A DNA stretch of 64,000 nt from positions 28,846 to 92,845 of the IMG/VR virus record IMGVR_UViG_3300042691_021691, one strand, 5' to 3'. The position numbers and the translations under genes are program-made. Below are positions 39,688 through 48,526 of the stretch, piece after piece; position 1 is the first letter of the stretch, and each line of letters starts with the position of its first letter. The DNA is from a virus. The notes under the pieces are model-generated. The model saw only the letters and a program-made list of their open reading frames with translations. It ran no database searches and had not been told where the DNA came from.

Positions 39688-40368
39688 ATGATTAAATTGA
39701 TGGGATTGATAACACTGCCTGCAGTTACGCCCTTAACTAAAGAAGCAGAAGAAAAGTGGATACAGCAGGCAGTTCAAAAGCCAGGAGCTTTACATAAATC
39801 ATTAAAAGTTCCTTCTGGAGAAAAAATTCCTGTAGCTAAGTTAGAAAAAGCCGCGAAAGCAAAGGGTAAATTGGGCAAGCGAGCACGTTTGGCTATGACA
39901 CTTCGTAAATTAAGAGAAGAATTTGAATTAACGGAAGAGCAGATTGCAAAAATTGATGCAATCGAAGAAAGAATAGGCTTAACCTACGAAGAATTAGATG
40001 CAGTTGGTAAGGAAGATGCTGATGTAAACAACGACGGCAAGGTTGATTCTACTGACAAGTATTTAAAAAATCGCAGAGACACAATCGCCAACAAAATGCA
40101 AAAAGAATCACTCGAAGAAGAAGAAGTTGTAGATGATTCAGAAGGACCTATGGCAAAATCTGATTTATTGGCATTACATAAGCAAGCTGGTGAATTATAT
40201 AATATGCTTGGTGACAACGAAGAATTGGAAGGTTGGGTACAATCAAAGATTACACAAGCCGCAGATTATATTAATGCGGTTTATAATAGTATGCAATATG
40301 AAAAGTCCAAGTCGGCAACCGTAGGAAATGGTGCAGGTGCTCCTGCCGACAACCCTATGGGAAAGTAA
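39688..40368 (+). CDS. probable head-internal protein with an EF-hand-like loop
   Basis: [25 protein letters not shown] and [16 protein letters not shown] modules; SD GGAG. Confidence 0.7.
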   Translation: MIKLMGLITLPAVTPLTKEAEEKWIQQAVQKPGALHKSLKVPSGEKIPVAKLEKAAKAKGKLGKRARLAMTLRKLREEFELTEEQIAKIDAIEERIGLTYEELDAVGKEDADVNNDGKVDSTDKYLKNRRDTIANKMQKESLEEEEVVDDSEGPMAKSDLLALHKQAGELYNMLGDNEELEGWVQSKITQAADYINAVYNSMQYEKSKSATVGNGAGAPADNPMGK

Positions 40369-40369
40369 T

Positions 40370-40735
40370 ATGGAAGCCGTAGCTAAGTTTATATCTACCT
40401 TGATGAGTAGTAGAAATCAATCTCATATTTTTCATTTACAGACTACTTCATTTGCCGCCCACAAAGCGTTAAATGAATATTACGATGGTATTGTTGATTT
40501 AATTGATTCATACGTTGAAACATTCCAAGGAAGATATGAAATTTTAACTGGATATAACATTTCTTCGCAAATTATAGAAACTCCTGATAAAGTAGTAATG
40601 TATTTTACAGGACTATCTTCATTCGTGGATAAAATTCGTACAGAATTACCACAAGATGGCGAACTTAACAATATTGTAGATGAAGTTGCAGGACTAATTA
40701 ATTCAACACTTTATAAATTGAAGTTTTTAAAGTAA
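40370..40735 (+). CDS. ferritin/Dps-like four-helix protein
   Basis: HIFHLQT.SFAAHKALNEYYD...DSYVETFQG...STLYKL; ATG 40370 follows the upstream stop. Confidence 0.75.
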   Translation: MEAVAKFISTLMSSRNQSHIFHLQTTSFAAHKALNEYYDGIVDLIDSYVETFQGRYEILTGYNISSQIIETPDKVVMYFTGLSSFVDKIRTELPQDGELNNIVDEVAGLINSTLYKLKFLK

Positions 40736-40736
40736 T

Positions 40737-40949
40737 ATGAAATATTTAGATTTTTTTCGAGATGTTTTATTAGAACATAAACTTACGGCTTTGGTTGAAA
40801 AAAATACTCCAACTAATCCTGCTAAATGGGCACGAGCCAAAGCCGCTGCTCGTGCTAAATTTAAAGTATATCCATCCGCATATGCCAATCTCTGGGCAGC
40901 TAAGAAATATAAGAGTATGGGTGGTGGATGGAAAAAGAGAAAAAAATGA
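40737..40949 (+). CDS. small basic protein
   Basis: KFKVYPSAYANLWAAKKYKSMGGGW motif. Confidence 0.75.
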   Translation: MKYLDFFRDVLLEHKLTALVEKNTPTNPAKWARAKAAARAKFKVYPSAYANLWAAKKYKSMGGGWKKRKK

Positions 40950-41266
40950 TCAAATTAGTTGATATAATATTGGAATTGGATGAGAAATATAAACCAAAAG
41001 GTGAATTGGGTAAGTGGTTGAAGCAAAAATGGGTTGATATTTCCAGAAAAGATTCTAAAACTGGCAAGCATCCTCCATGCGGAGCATCTGCTGGAAAAAA
41101 GGAACGAAAAGGTGGTTCCGCAAAATATCCAAAGTGCCGTCCGGCTAGATCAGCCGCTGCGATGAGCAAAGGCGAAAAGAGATCGGCAGTTACTCGTAAA
41201 AGAAAAGCAGGAAATCCAGGTGGAAAGCCAACAATGGTATCCACATTTAAGAAAAAGGAAAAGTAA
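40946..41266 (+). CDS. small basic protein
   Basis: ATGA overlap with the upstream gene; LGKWLKQKWVDI...CG...YPKCRP. Confidence 0.75.
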   Translation: MIKLVDIILELDEKYKPKGELGKWLKQKWVDISRKDSKTGKHPPCGASAGKKERKGGSAKYPKCRPARSAAAMSKGEKRSAVTRKRKAGNPGGKPTMVSTFKKKEK

Positions 41267-41267
41267 T

Positions 41268-41684
41268 ATGGAAAACTTAAATGAAGCCTGTTGGGAAGGA
41301 TATAGACAAGTTGGTATGAAAGAATTGGATGGTAGAATGGTCCCAAATTGCGTTCCCATCAATGAAGAAGATATAATCGACGAGTTCTGTCCACAATGTC
41401 TTGCCGTAGAAATGATACGAGCAAATAAAAAACCATTGGAAGAAGCGGAATATCATGGTCGTAAAGTTGCTTTGGGTAAGCCTATGCGAGGCGATGTAAA
41501 GAAATTTAAAGTATTCGTAAAAGACCCAAAGACAGGTAACATTAAAAAAGTAAATTTTGGCGACAAGAAAATGCGAATTAAGAAATCTATTCCTGCTCGT
41601 CGTAAATCATTTCGTGCAAGACATAATTGTGCAAATCCAGGACCAAGAACTAAGGCACGTTACTGGTCGTGCCGTAAATGGTAA
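41268..41684 (+). CDS. small basic Cys-containing protein
   Basis: CWEGY...VPNCVP and KKVNFGD...RRKSFRARHNC...YWSCRKW modules. Confidence 0.75.
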   Translation: MENLNEACWEGYRQVGMKELDGRMVPNCVPINEEDIIDEFCPQCLAVEMIRANKKPLEEAEYHGRKVALGKPMRGDVKKFKVFVKDPKTGNIKKVNFGDKKMRIKKSIPARRKSFRARHNCANPGPRTKARYWSCRKW

Positions 41685-41691
41685 CCTAATT

Positions 41692-41976
41692 ATGATTCTT
41701 TTATCTCATATATTATCAGAAGATGTCCCCAAAAAAGACACTCCATATGTAAGTGGGGATACTTATATCAGTAAGGAAGAAGTAAAGCGGATATATGATT
41801 ATATGGGGTATGATTTTGATTTCCAACAATTTTATATTGGAATGAATGTAGAATTGGAACATCAAGATGTAACAGATGGTAGTTTATCAAAGACTGCTAT
41901 GATTGCCGCAGCACATCTAAAAGAAGTTCCGAATTATTATACGCTTTTAAAGAAGTATGTGGAGAGAAAAAAATGA
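41692..41976 (+). CDS. small protein (DUF5661-like)
   Basis: GMNVELEH...IAAAHLKEVPNYYTLL; ATG 41692 avoids a long overlap. Confidence 0.7.
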   Translation: MILLSHILSEDVPKKDTPYVSGDTYISKEEVKRIYDYMGYDFDFQQFYIGMNVELEHQDVTDGSLSKTAMIAAAHLKEVPNYYTLLKKYVERKK

Positions 41977-42323
41977 TTAAATTGCATGACATTTTATTGT
42001 CGGAATCGATAGAAAATAAAATCACTACAACTAAAGTGGAAGTCGCTGTACAAAAGCTTCTACCTATGTTGAATGACAAAGAACAGGCAGATTTGATGTT
42101 GCTGTTTACTAGGTTTTTGCAAGGCGTGGATGTTATCAATTCCATGCCATATTCTATTTTTAATAGAAATGCGTTTCATATGGATGTATTATTTAATTTA
42201 GACAATCCTGTGAACGGTCTTAAACTGAAACTGGTTGAATGGCAACAGAAAAAAGATCAAAATTTGAATGTTGCAATTGAACAATTAGTAAAAGCATTGG
42301 ACGACATTTATACTATAAAATAA
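41973..42323 (+). CDS. hypothetical protein with an MIKLxDIL leader
   Basis: ATGA-coupled to the upstream gene. Confidence 0.7.
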   Translation: MIKLHDILLSESIENKITTTKVEVAVQKLLPMLNDKEQADLMLLFTRFLQGVDVINSMPYSIFNRNAFHMDVLFNLDNPVNGLKLKLVEWQQKKDQNLNVAIEQLVKALDDIYTIK

Positions 42324-42341
42324 TAGGATATCGGAGGAATC

Positions 42342-44234
42342 ATGGTAGATACCAGCGTATACGGTAGATTAAAACGTCTCTTTTCTACAAATACAATTGT
42401 TAGAAATATTGGTGGTAAGAAGCTAAGAGTAGCTGATACCGACAATATTCAATCATTTGTAAATCGAAGAGGAGTTGACAGATATAGTAGAGTTCATACT
42501 TCTGGTGGATCTGGAGGATACGGATCTGTCAATGGAAGATATGAACATGCCGCTGCGTTCCAAGGTTCCAGATTGCAACTGTTCAGAGACTATGATATGA
42601 TGGATGCGGATGCTATTATTTCATCCGTATTAGATATTTACGCAGACGAAAGTACCATCAAAGATGAATTTGGGCAAATACTAGGTATCAAATCTTCAAA
42701 TAATAACGTAAAAGAAATCTTACATAATCTATTTTATGATATTTTAAATATTGATTTTAATTTATGGCCTTGGGTCAGAAATATGGTCAAATATGGAGAT
42801 TTCTTTTTATATCTAGATATTGATCAAGAATACGGAATCGTTAATGTAGTGCCACTTTCTGTATACGAAACGGTTAGAATTGAAGGCGAAGATCCGGCAA
42901 ATCCGTTCGGTGTAAAATTTAAATTACAAAATGATTTTTTGAACTTAGGTAAAGACGAACTAGAAAATTTTGAAGTGGCACATTTTCGTCTATTGGCAGA
43001 TACTAATTTCCTTCCTTATGGCAAGGCGATGATTGAAGGTGGTCGCCGTGTTTGGAAGCAATTGCAGCTTATGGAAGATGCGATGTTAATCCATCGTATT
43101 ATGAGAGCACCAGACAAGCGCAAATTTTTGATAGACGTTGGAAATATTCCACCGGCAGAAGTTGATCAATTCATGTCTAGAATCATTGAAAAAATGAAAA
43201 AGACACCATTGGTTGATCCAAGAACCGGCGATTATAATTTGCGTTATAATATGATGAATATTACGGAAGATTTTTATCTACCGGTACGTGGTAGAGATAG
43301 CGGCACCGATATTCAAACCATGCAAGGTCTCTCGTTCAATGCTATAGAAGACATTGAATACCTCCGCAAAAAATTAATGGCGGCATTTAAAGTACCTAAG
43401 TCATTCATTGGATACGAAGAAGACTTAAGCGGAAAAGCCACATTAGCCTCACAAGATGTGAGATTCGCCAGAACAATTGAACGCATTCAGCGTATTATGA
43501 TTTCTGAATTAACTAAGATCGCAATCATTCATTTATATGTCCAAGGATTTAGAGATGAAGATTTGATCGATTTTGAGTTAACTATTTCTTCTCCATCAAT
43601 GATTTATGAGCAAGAAAAAATCAGTCTTTGGAATGAAAAGATTGGATTGGCGGATAATTTAGTAAATTCTAAGTTAATTTCGGAAGAATGGGTATACAAA
43701 AACATCTTTGAAATGACCGATGAAGAAATTTCAAATGAAAGAACGGCAATAGAATCGGATATTCGAAGAAAGGCAGAATTGAAGAGAATAGAAACGCAAA
43801 TATCTCAGCCGCCTGTATCCGTCGATAATCAAGCCGATATAGCAGAGCCACAGGCAGAAACTGAACCGGAGCAACAAAGTTCCGAAGAAGATGAATTACA
43901 ATCTGCAGAAAAGGAATTAGATGATACTTCTTCCGGCGATGAATTGGGAGAAGCGTTAACTGAACTGGATTTGTTAGAAACTGATGATGAAGATGAAGAA
44001 ATAGAAGAAGCCCGTCGAGTGGGAAGACCACGTGAAGGGCTGAAATATTCAAAAGATTCGCATCCATTCGGAAGAGATCCGCTGGGAAAGAAATCGGCAT
44101 TTGCAAGCAGAGGCGATGAACGAAATATAAAACACAAAAAATCATTGGTTAAAATATTAGCTAAAGAGTTGGAAGATATAACTATAGCCAATTCCGTCGC
44201 GCAAATTTTGACCGAAGATCTGGATAAATCATAA
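42342..44234 (+). CDS. portal protein (T4 gp20-like) with an acidic C-terminal extension
   Basis: QLQLMEDAMLIHRIMRAPDKRKFLIDVGNIPP, EDFYLPVRG, IEDIEYLRKKL. Confidence 0.95.
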   Translation: MVDTSVYGRLKRLFSTNTIVRNIGGKKLRVADTDNIQSFVNRRGVDRYSRVHTSGGSGGYGSVNGRYEHAAAFQGSRLQLFRDYDMMDADAIISSVLDIYADESTIKDEFGQILGIKSSNNNVKEILHNLFYDILNIDFNLWPWVRNMVKYGDFFLYLDIDQEYGIVNVVPLSVYETVRIEGEDPANPFGVKFKLQNDFLNLGKDELENFEVAHFRLLADTNFLPYGKAMIEGGRRVWKQLQLMEDAMLIHRIMRAPDKRKFLIDVGNIPPAEVDQFMSRIIEKMKKTPLVDPRTGDYNLRYNMMNITEDFYLPVRGRDSGTDIQTMQGLSFNAIEDIEYLRKKLMAAFKVPKSFIGYEEDLSGKATLASQDVRFARTIERIQRIMISELTKIAIIHLYVQGFRDEDLIDFELTISSPSMIYEQEKISLWNEKIGLADNLVNSKLISEEWVYKNIFEMTDEEISNERTAIESDIRRKAELKRIETQISQPPVSVDNQADIAEPQAETEPEQQSSEEDELQSAEKELDDTSSGDELGEALTELDLLETDDEDEEIEEARRVGRPREGLKYSKDSHPFGRDPLGKKSAFASRGDERNIKHKKSLVKILAKELEDITIANSVAQILTEDLDKS

Positions 44235-44285
44235 CTTGAAATAGAAGTTATATATTTAATATAGAGGGGTTATGAAAGTATTAAG

Positions 44286-44293
44286 TATTTATA
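44286..44293 (+). promoter_or_regulatory. putative late promoter TATTTATA
   Basis: Exact octamer 28 nt before the ATG. Confidence 0.6.
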
Positions 44294-44321
44294 TTGTACT
44301 TACACACAGAGCAAATTTTAT

Positions 44322-45197
44322 ATGAAAGATTCTTACAGACACAATAAGCTAAGAAATACGGGCATACTATTTGAATTATTAGCTCGTCAGATCACCAATG
44401 ATGTTATGGAAAAGAAAGATTTCAGCATCGCTGAAAAGTTATTGCGAGAGCACTTTTCTTCAAAAACAGAATTGGGGAAAGAATTAATTTTGTATAGAGC
44501 ATTTTTTAATACTCAACAATTAAGTGAGCAAAAGTCATTTGAATTTTTGCGATTAGTAGCAGAGCAAAGAAAAAAATTGAATGAAAGAATGCTGAATACA
44601 CAAAAATATCTTTTTATCAAGGAATTAAAAGAACATTATAATTTAAAAGATTTCTTAGCAGTAAGAATTCCGTCATATAAAATTTATGCAAGTATTTACA
44701 AAGTATTTGACGCCGCAACAAATGAATCGCTGGCATTCGATAATATTGAAGATATTGTAAATTCTAAGTTTACAATCGTAGAGCACTTAACAGGACAGAC
44801 TACACAAAAGCAAGTTCAACAAGAAAATGCAATTATGGAGTTGGTCAGAAAGCAAGAAGAAGATTTACGATTGTTATCATACAGTATGTTATTGAAAAAC
44901 TTCAACGAAAGATATACCAATCTAACAGAACAACAAAAGAAACTGTTAAGAGAATATATCTACAACGTTTCCAATTCGAGCACTATAAAAAATTATATTC
45001 TATCCGAAGCAACTTCTGTTATAAAGGAAATTTCATTAAAATTACCAAATATTAAAAATGAAGTTACCAAGATTAAATTACAAGAAGTTATTTCACAATT
45101 ACGTAAAATTAAGAATATTTCTGTTATAAAAGAAAACCATGTAACCGCTATGTTGATTGCATATCAAATTGTGCATGAGATGAGGAAATGTGATTAA
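44322..45197 (+). CDS. hypothetical head-module protein
   Basis: HNKLRNTGILFELL N-terminus; lies between portal and protease. Confidence 0.75.
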   Translation: MKDSYRHNKLRNTGILFELLARQITNDVMEKKDFSIAEKLLREHFSSKTELGKELILYRAFFNTQQLSEQKSFEFLRLVAEQRKKLNERMLNTQKYLFIKELKEHYNLKDFLAVRIPSYKIYASIYKVFDAATNESLAFDNIEDIVNSKFTIVEHLTGQTTQKQVQQENAIMELVRKQEEDLRLLSYSMLLKNFNERYTNLTEQQKKLLREYIYNVSNSSTIKNYILSEATSVIKEISLKLPNIKNEVTKIKLQEVISQLRKIKNISVIKENHVTAMLIAYQIVHEMRKCD

Positions 45198-45699
45198 TAT
45201 GAATGAAGAAGAAATTTTACGGCAATATTTGCGAGAAGAAATTAAAAGAATTTTAAATGAAATGTCCACTACTGGAAATGTAGCAGGATATTTAACACCG
45301 GCTGCGTTCCGTGGAAATTCTGAAAAAAATGTTGCCAGACTAAAGAAAATAGCAACGCAATTTGGATATGAATTGACACCAATTGGCAAGAAGCAAATGA
45401 GTGCACCTGCCGATAAAATGGAAATCGTAAAGAATAAATTAAATCCATTAGAAGAAAATCGATATTATGCATATCGAAATGATACTAGTAAACAACCACA
45501 TCAAAAATTGGGAAATGCTATATCAGAAATCAATAGACAGTTAACTGAAATACAAAAGTTAATTAAGATGAATGCTCGTTTAAAAAACGAATATAAAATT
45601 GATAGTTCTAAGATGTGGAAGCGTACTTTGACTGGCTTGGTTAAACTAGAAGCAAAGCTAATAGGATTAGCCCAACAAATACGGGAGATTCGTAATTAA
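45190..45699 (+). CDS. hypothetical head-module protein
   Basis: ILNE-MSTTGNVAGYLTPAAF; C-terminal coiled coil. Confidence 0.7.
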   Translation: MINMNEEEILRQYLREEIKRILNEMSTTGNVAGYLTPAAFRGNSEKNVARLKKIATQFGYELTPIGKKQMSAPADKMEIVKNKLNPLEENRYYAYRNDTSKQPHQKLGNAISEINRQLTEIQKLIKMNARLKNEYKIDSSKMWKRTLTGLVKLEAKLIGLAQQIREIRN

Positions 45700-45700
45700 T

Positions 45701-46288
45701 ATGAAAAATTTACTAGTAGAATACAATGTAATTCAATATTCACCGCAATTATTGAATGAAGCTGCGGATATAACAAAGCCATTATTGTTGAAGCATGTAG
45801 TTTTACAACGTGCAGATACTAAGAATCAAAATGGTAGAGTTTATCCACGGGAAATTTTAATGCGAGAAGCAAAAGCATATAAAGATAATTTTGTTTCGCA
45901 ACGCAGAGCACTTGGTGAATTAGATCATCCAGAAAGTCCAGTGGTCAATCTTAAAAATGTATGTTGTAACGTGGTGGATATGTGGACAGAAAATCAAGAC
46001 GTAGTGGGTAACATCGAAATTCTATCTACTCCAGCAGGTAATATAGTTAGAGAGCTAATCAAAAATAATATACGTCTTGGTGTTTCGTCAAGAGGAATGG
46101 GTTCTGTTCAGAGTGTTGGTGAAAATACATTAGAAGTTCAGGAAGATTTCAATTTAATTTGTTTTGATATCGTTTCTAACCCATCCACACAGGGTGCGTT
46201 TATAAATGAAAACACTGAACAAAAGATTATAACGCCATATTCTAAAATCGATACTTTAATTTATGACTTTTTATCGGAAGTTAAATAG
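45701..46288 (+). CDS. prohead protease (T4 gp21-like)
   Basis: NQNGRVYP, ALGELDHP, LGVSSRGMGS, FDIVSNPST. Confidence 0.95.
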   Translation: MKNLLVEYNVIQYSPQLLNEAADITKPLLLKHVVLQRADTKNQNGRVYPREILMREAKAYKDNFVSQRRALGELDHPESPVVNLKNVCCNVVDMWTENQDVVGNIEILSTPAGNIVRELIKNNIRLGVSSRGMGSVQSVGENTLEVQEDFNLICFDIVSNPSTQGAFINENTEQKIITPYSKIDTLIYDFLSEVK

Positions 46289-46297
46289 GAGATTTAT

Positions 46298-46600
46298 ATG
46301 TTAGGATTTGTATTAATAGCCGCTATCGTCGTAGGAATTGTGTGGTATGTTTTACGTGATATGAACGTATCTGTAAAGGACAAATTATCATCGACTGCAA
46401 AGAAAGCAGAAGCTTCAATTCATTCCGCTGCTGATGTAAATAACGATGGTAAAGTTAACGCATCCGATGCCAAAACTGCATTAGATGTCAATAAAGATGG
46501 TAAAGTTAACTTGAAGGATGTAAAGGAAGTAGCGGTTAAGACAAAGCGTGTAGCTAAAAACACTGCTAAAAAAATAAACGCAACTAAGAAAAAGAAATAA
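46298..46600 (+). CDS. small membrane protein with two dockerin/EF-hand-like loops and a Lys-rich tail
   Basis: TM helix; [12 protein letters not shown] and DVNKDGKVNLKD; SD AGGAG. Confidence 0.75.
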   Translation: MLGFVLIAAIVVGIVWYVLRDMNVSVKDKLSSTAKKAEASIHSAADVNNDGKVNASDAKTALDVNKDGKVNLKDVKEVAVKTKRVAKNTAKKINATKKKK

Positions 46601-46601
46601 T

Positions 46602-47036
46602 ATGCCTGCAATAAGTCGTGCTCAACAGAGATTATTCGGGTTGGTTAGGGGATTGCAGAAAGGAAAAATATCTGCTGCTTCTGTAAGTCCGCATGTCAGA
46701 AAATTGGCACGTAATCTTACACCAGCCGATGTAGAAAAATATGCAACTACACCGCACACAGGGCTTCCTTCCACGGTTAAAGAAATCTTATCAATTCAAG
46801 AAGATACATCCGATCTATATGAAGATGTAACTGAACGAGAGTTGGCAATTAACAATATATTGAAAGATAAGACTGCTAAGAAAATTGATGGAAAAACAGT
46901 CGATGGATTTACTGCGAAAATGATAGTAGACACATGCAATTCATTGAGTCCTGACAATAAAAAAACATTTTTGATGCAACCAATCGATAAAATGGTGGGT
47001 ATTGCTCATAAGATAAAAACTTTACAAAATAATTAA
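46602..47036 (+). CDS. hypothetical protein with a DUF3008-like N-terminus
   Basis: MPAISRAQQRLFG...KYATTPHTGLP. Confidence 0.65.
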   Translation: MPAISRAQQRLFGLVRGLQKGKISAASVSPHVRKLARNLTPADVEKYATTPHTGLPSTVKEILSIQEDTSDLYEDVTERELAINNILKDKTAKKIDGKTVDGFTAKMIVDTCNSLSPDNKKTFLMQPIDKMVGIAHKIKTLQNN

Positions 47037-47051
47037 TAGGAGATATAAGTT

Positions 47052-47270
47052 ATGTATGTTGAAGTAAAGGGGGATTCAAAGGATGACTTTGAACGCGCAC
47101 TAAAGCACTTTTCTAAGATAGTTAAAAAAAATGATATTGTAAATGAAGTTAAGAGACGGGAGTTTTATGTGACTCCCTCCAAGAAAAGAATATTAAAAAG
47201 ACAAGAATCTAAGCGAAGACAGATCAGAGATGCTCGCAAGATGCAAAAGAGAACGCAAACAGATTGGTAA
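47052..47270 (+). CDS. rpsU: phage-encoded 30S ribosomal protein bS21
   Basis: VEVK...FERALKHFSKIVKK..IVNEVKRREFYVTPSKKR matches the S21 consensus; 72 aa, basic; SD AGGAG. Confidence 0.9.
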   Translation: MYVEVKGDSKDDFERALKHFSKIVKKNDIVNEVKRREFYVTPSKKRILKRQESKRRQIRDARKMQKRTQTDW

Positions 47271-47299
47271 AAAAACCTATTTTTTGTAAAATAAGGATA

Positions 47300-47369
47300 T
47301 ATTTATCTTCAGTAGCTCTTTTCAATAAAAAGCTCGTATTGCTAAGTTAACCAATTATTTGCAAATAAT
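47300..47369 (+). promoter_or_regulatory. late-promoter variant TATTTATC followed by a hairpin and a 16-bp palindrome in the scaffold leader
   Basis: AGCT-C-TTTT-[CAAT]-AAAA-AGCT (47314-47334); ATTATTTGCAAATAAT (47354-47369). Confidence 0.5.
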
Positions 47370-47397
47370 GCAAATATAACTGTTTAGGGATAATATT

Positions 47398-48501
47398 ATG
47401 GCAGAAATAACAAATGAACTTCTAAAGAAAGCAGTGGCGGATGCCGAAGCAGTTCGTGAAACTGCAATTGCAAACGCAAGACTTGCTTTAGAAGAAAGTA
47501 TCACCCCAGCTATCAAATCAATGTTAGCAAAGCGCCTTCGTGCAGAAGCTGAAAAGCCAGCCGAAGAACTTCCAGCACCAGAAGGTGAAAAGGAAGTGGA
47601 AAAGAAAGAAGCAGATGCGGATCATAAAGAAATGAAGCAAGAAGAATTAGATTCTTCCGATGTATCTGCTGATAATAAGGAACCATCAGGGTTCGATTCT
47701 TCCGAAATCGGTGACGAAGGCGAAGAAGCACCTGAAGATGCTCCTGAAAGCGAAGATGATTGGTATGAAGATTGGGATGAATCAGATTTCGATCTTGATG
47801 AAATCTTGAAAGAACTCGAAGGTGATATTTCTGAAGACAGCTTATTTGAAAAGTCACACGACGAAGAAGAGAAGGAAGAAGATTCTATGGAAGAAAAGAT
47901 GGAATCTCCTGAACATGAAGCAGGTGAAAAGGAAGATCACCAAAAAGAAGCCAAGACTGTTGAACTTCCTAAGAAGGGAGAACCAGAACATGGTTCAGAA
48001 GAAGGAAAAGAAGAAGACAAGCTTGATCTTGAAGCTATTATTCGTGAACTTGTAGCCGAAGCCGATGATGAAGAAGGTGAAGATGAAGAAAACGGCAAAA
48101 TGGCGGCAGAAATTGCGGAACTCAAGTCGGAACTTTCTGAATACCAACGTGCAGTTAAAATGTTGAGCAGTAAGTTACAAGAAGTTCATCTTCTCAATTC
48201 AAAGTTACTCTTTACAAACAAATTGTTCCAGAAGGGTAAGCTTACAAATGAACAAACTGTTCGTGTAATTGAATCATTTGATCGTGCGAAGACGCTTCGC
48301 GAAGTGAAGATGGTATATGCACTTATGGTGGAAAACTTAAAGGCTATCCGCACAGAAGGTCGCACACCTTCACGTAAGGCAGTAGTAACAGAAGGATTGG
48401 CTTCACGCCCAACTCCATCAACTGCTCCAAAGAATGTGGAACAATTGCAAGAGAACACAGCTATCAAACGTCTACAATACCTAGCTGGTATTAACAACTA
48501 A
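47398..48501 (+). CDS. prohead scaffold/core protein (gp22-like)
   Basis: Very acidic, coiled coil, directly upstream of the capsid gene; C-terminal RLQYLAGI. Confidence 0.85.
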   Translation: MAEITNELLKKAVADAEAVRETAIANARLALEESITPAIKSMLAKRLRAEAEKPAEELPAPEGEKEVEKKEADADHKEMKQEELDSSDVSADNKEPSGFDSSEIGDEGEEAPEDAPESEDDWYEDWDESDFDLDEILKELEGDISEDSLFEKSHDEEEKEEDSMEEKMESPEHEAGEKEDHQKEAKTVELPKKGEPEHGSEEGKEEDKLDLEAIIRELVAEADDEEGEDEENGKMAAEIAELKSELSEYQRAVKMLSSKLQEVHLLNSKLLFTNKLFQKGKLTNEQTVRVIESFDRAKTLREVKMVYALMVENLKAIRTEGRTPSRKAVVTEGLASRPTPSTAPKNVEQLQENTAIKRLQYLAGINN

Positions 48502-48526
48502 AACAATTTTGAGGAGAATATAAAGT

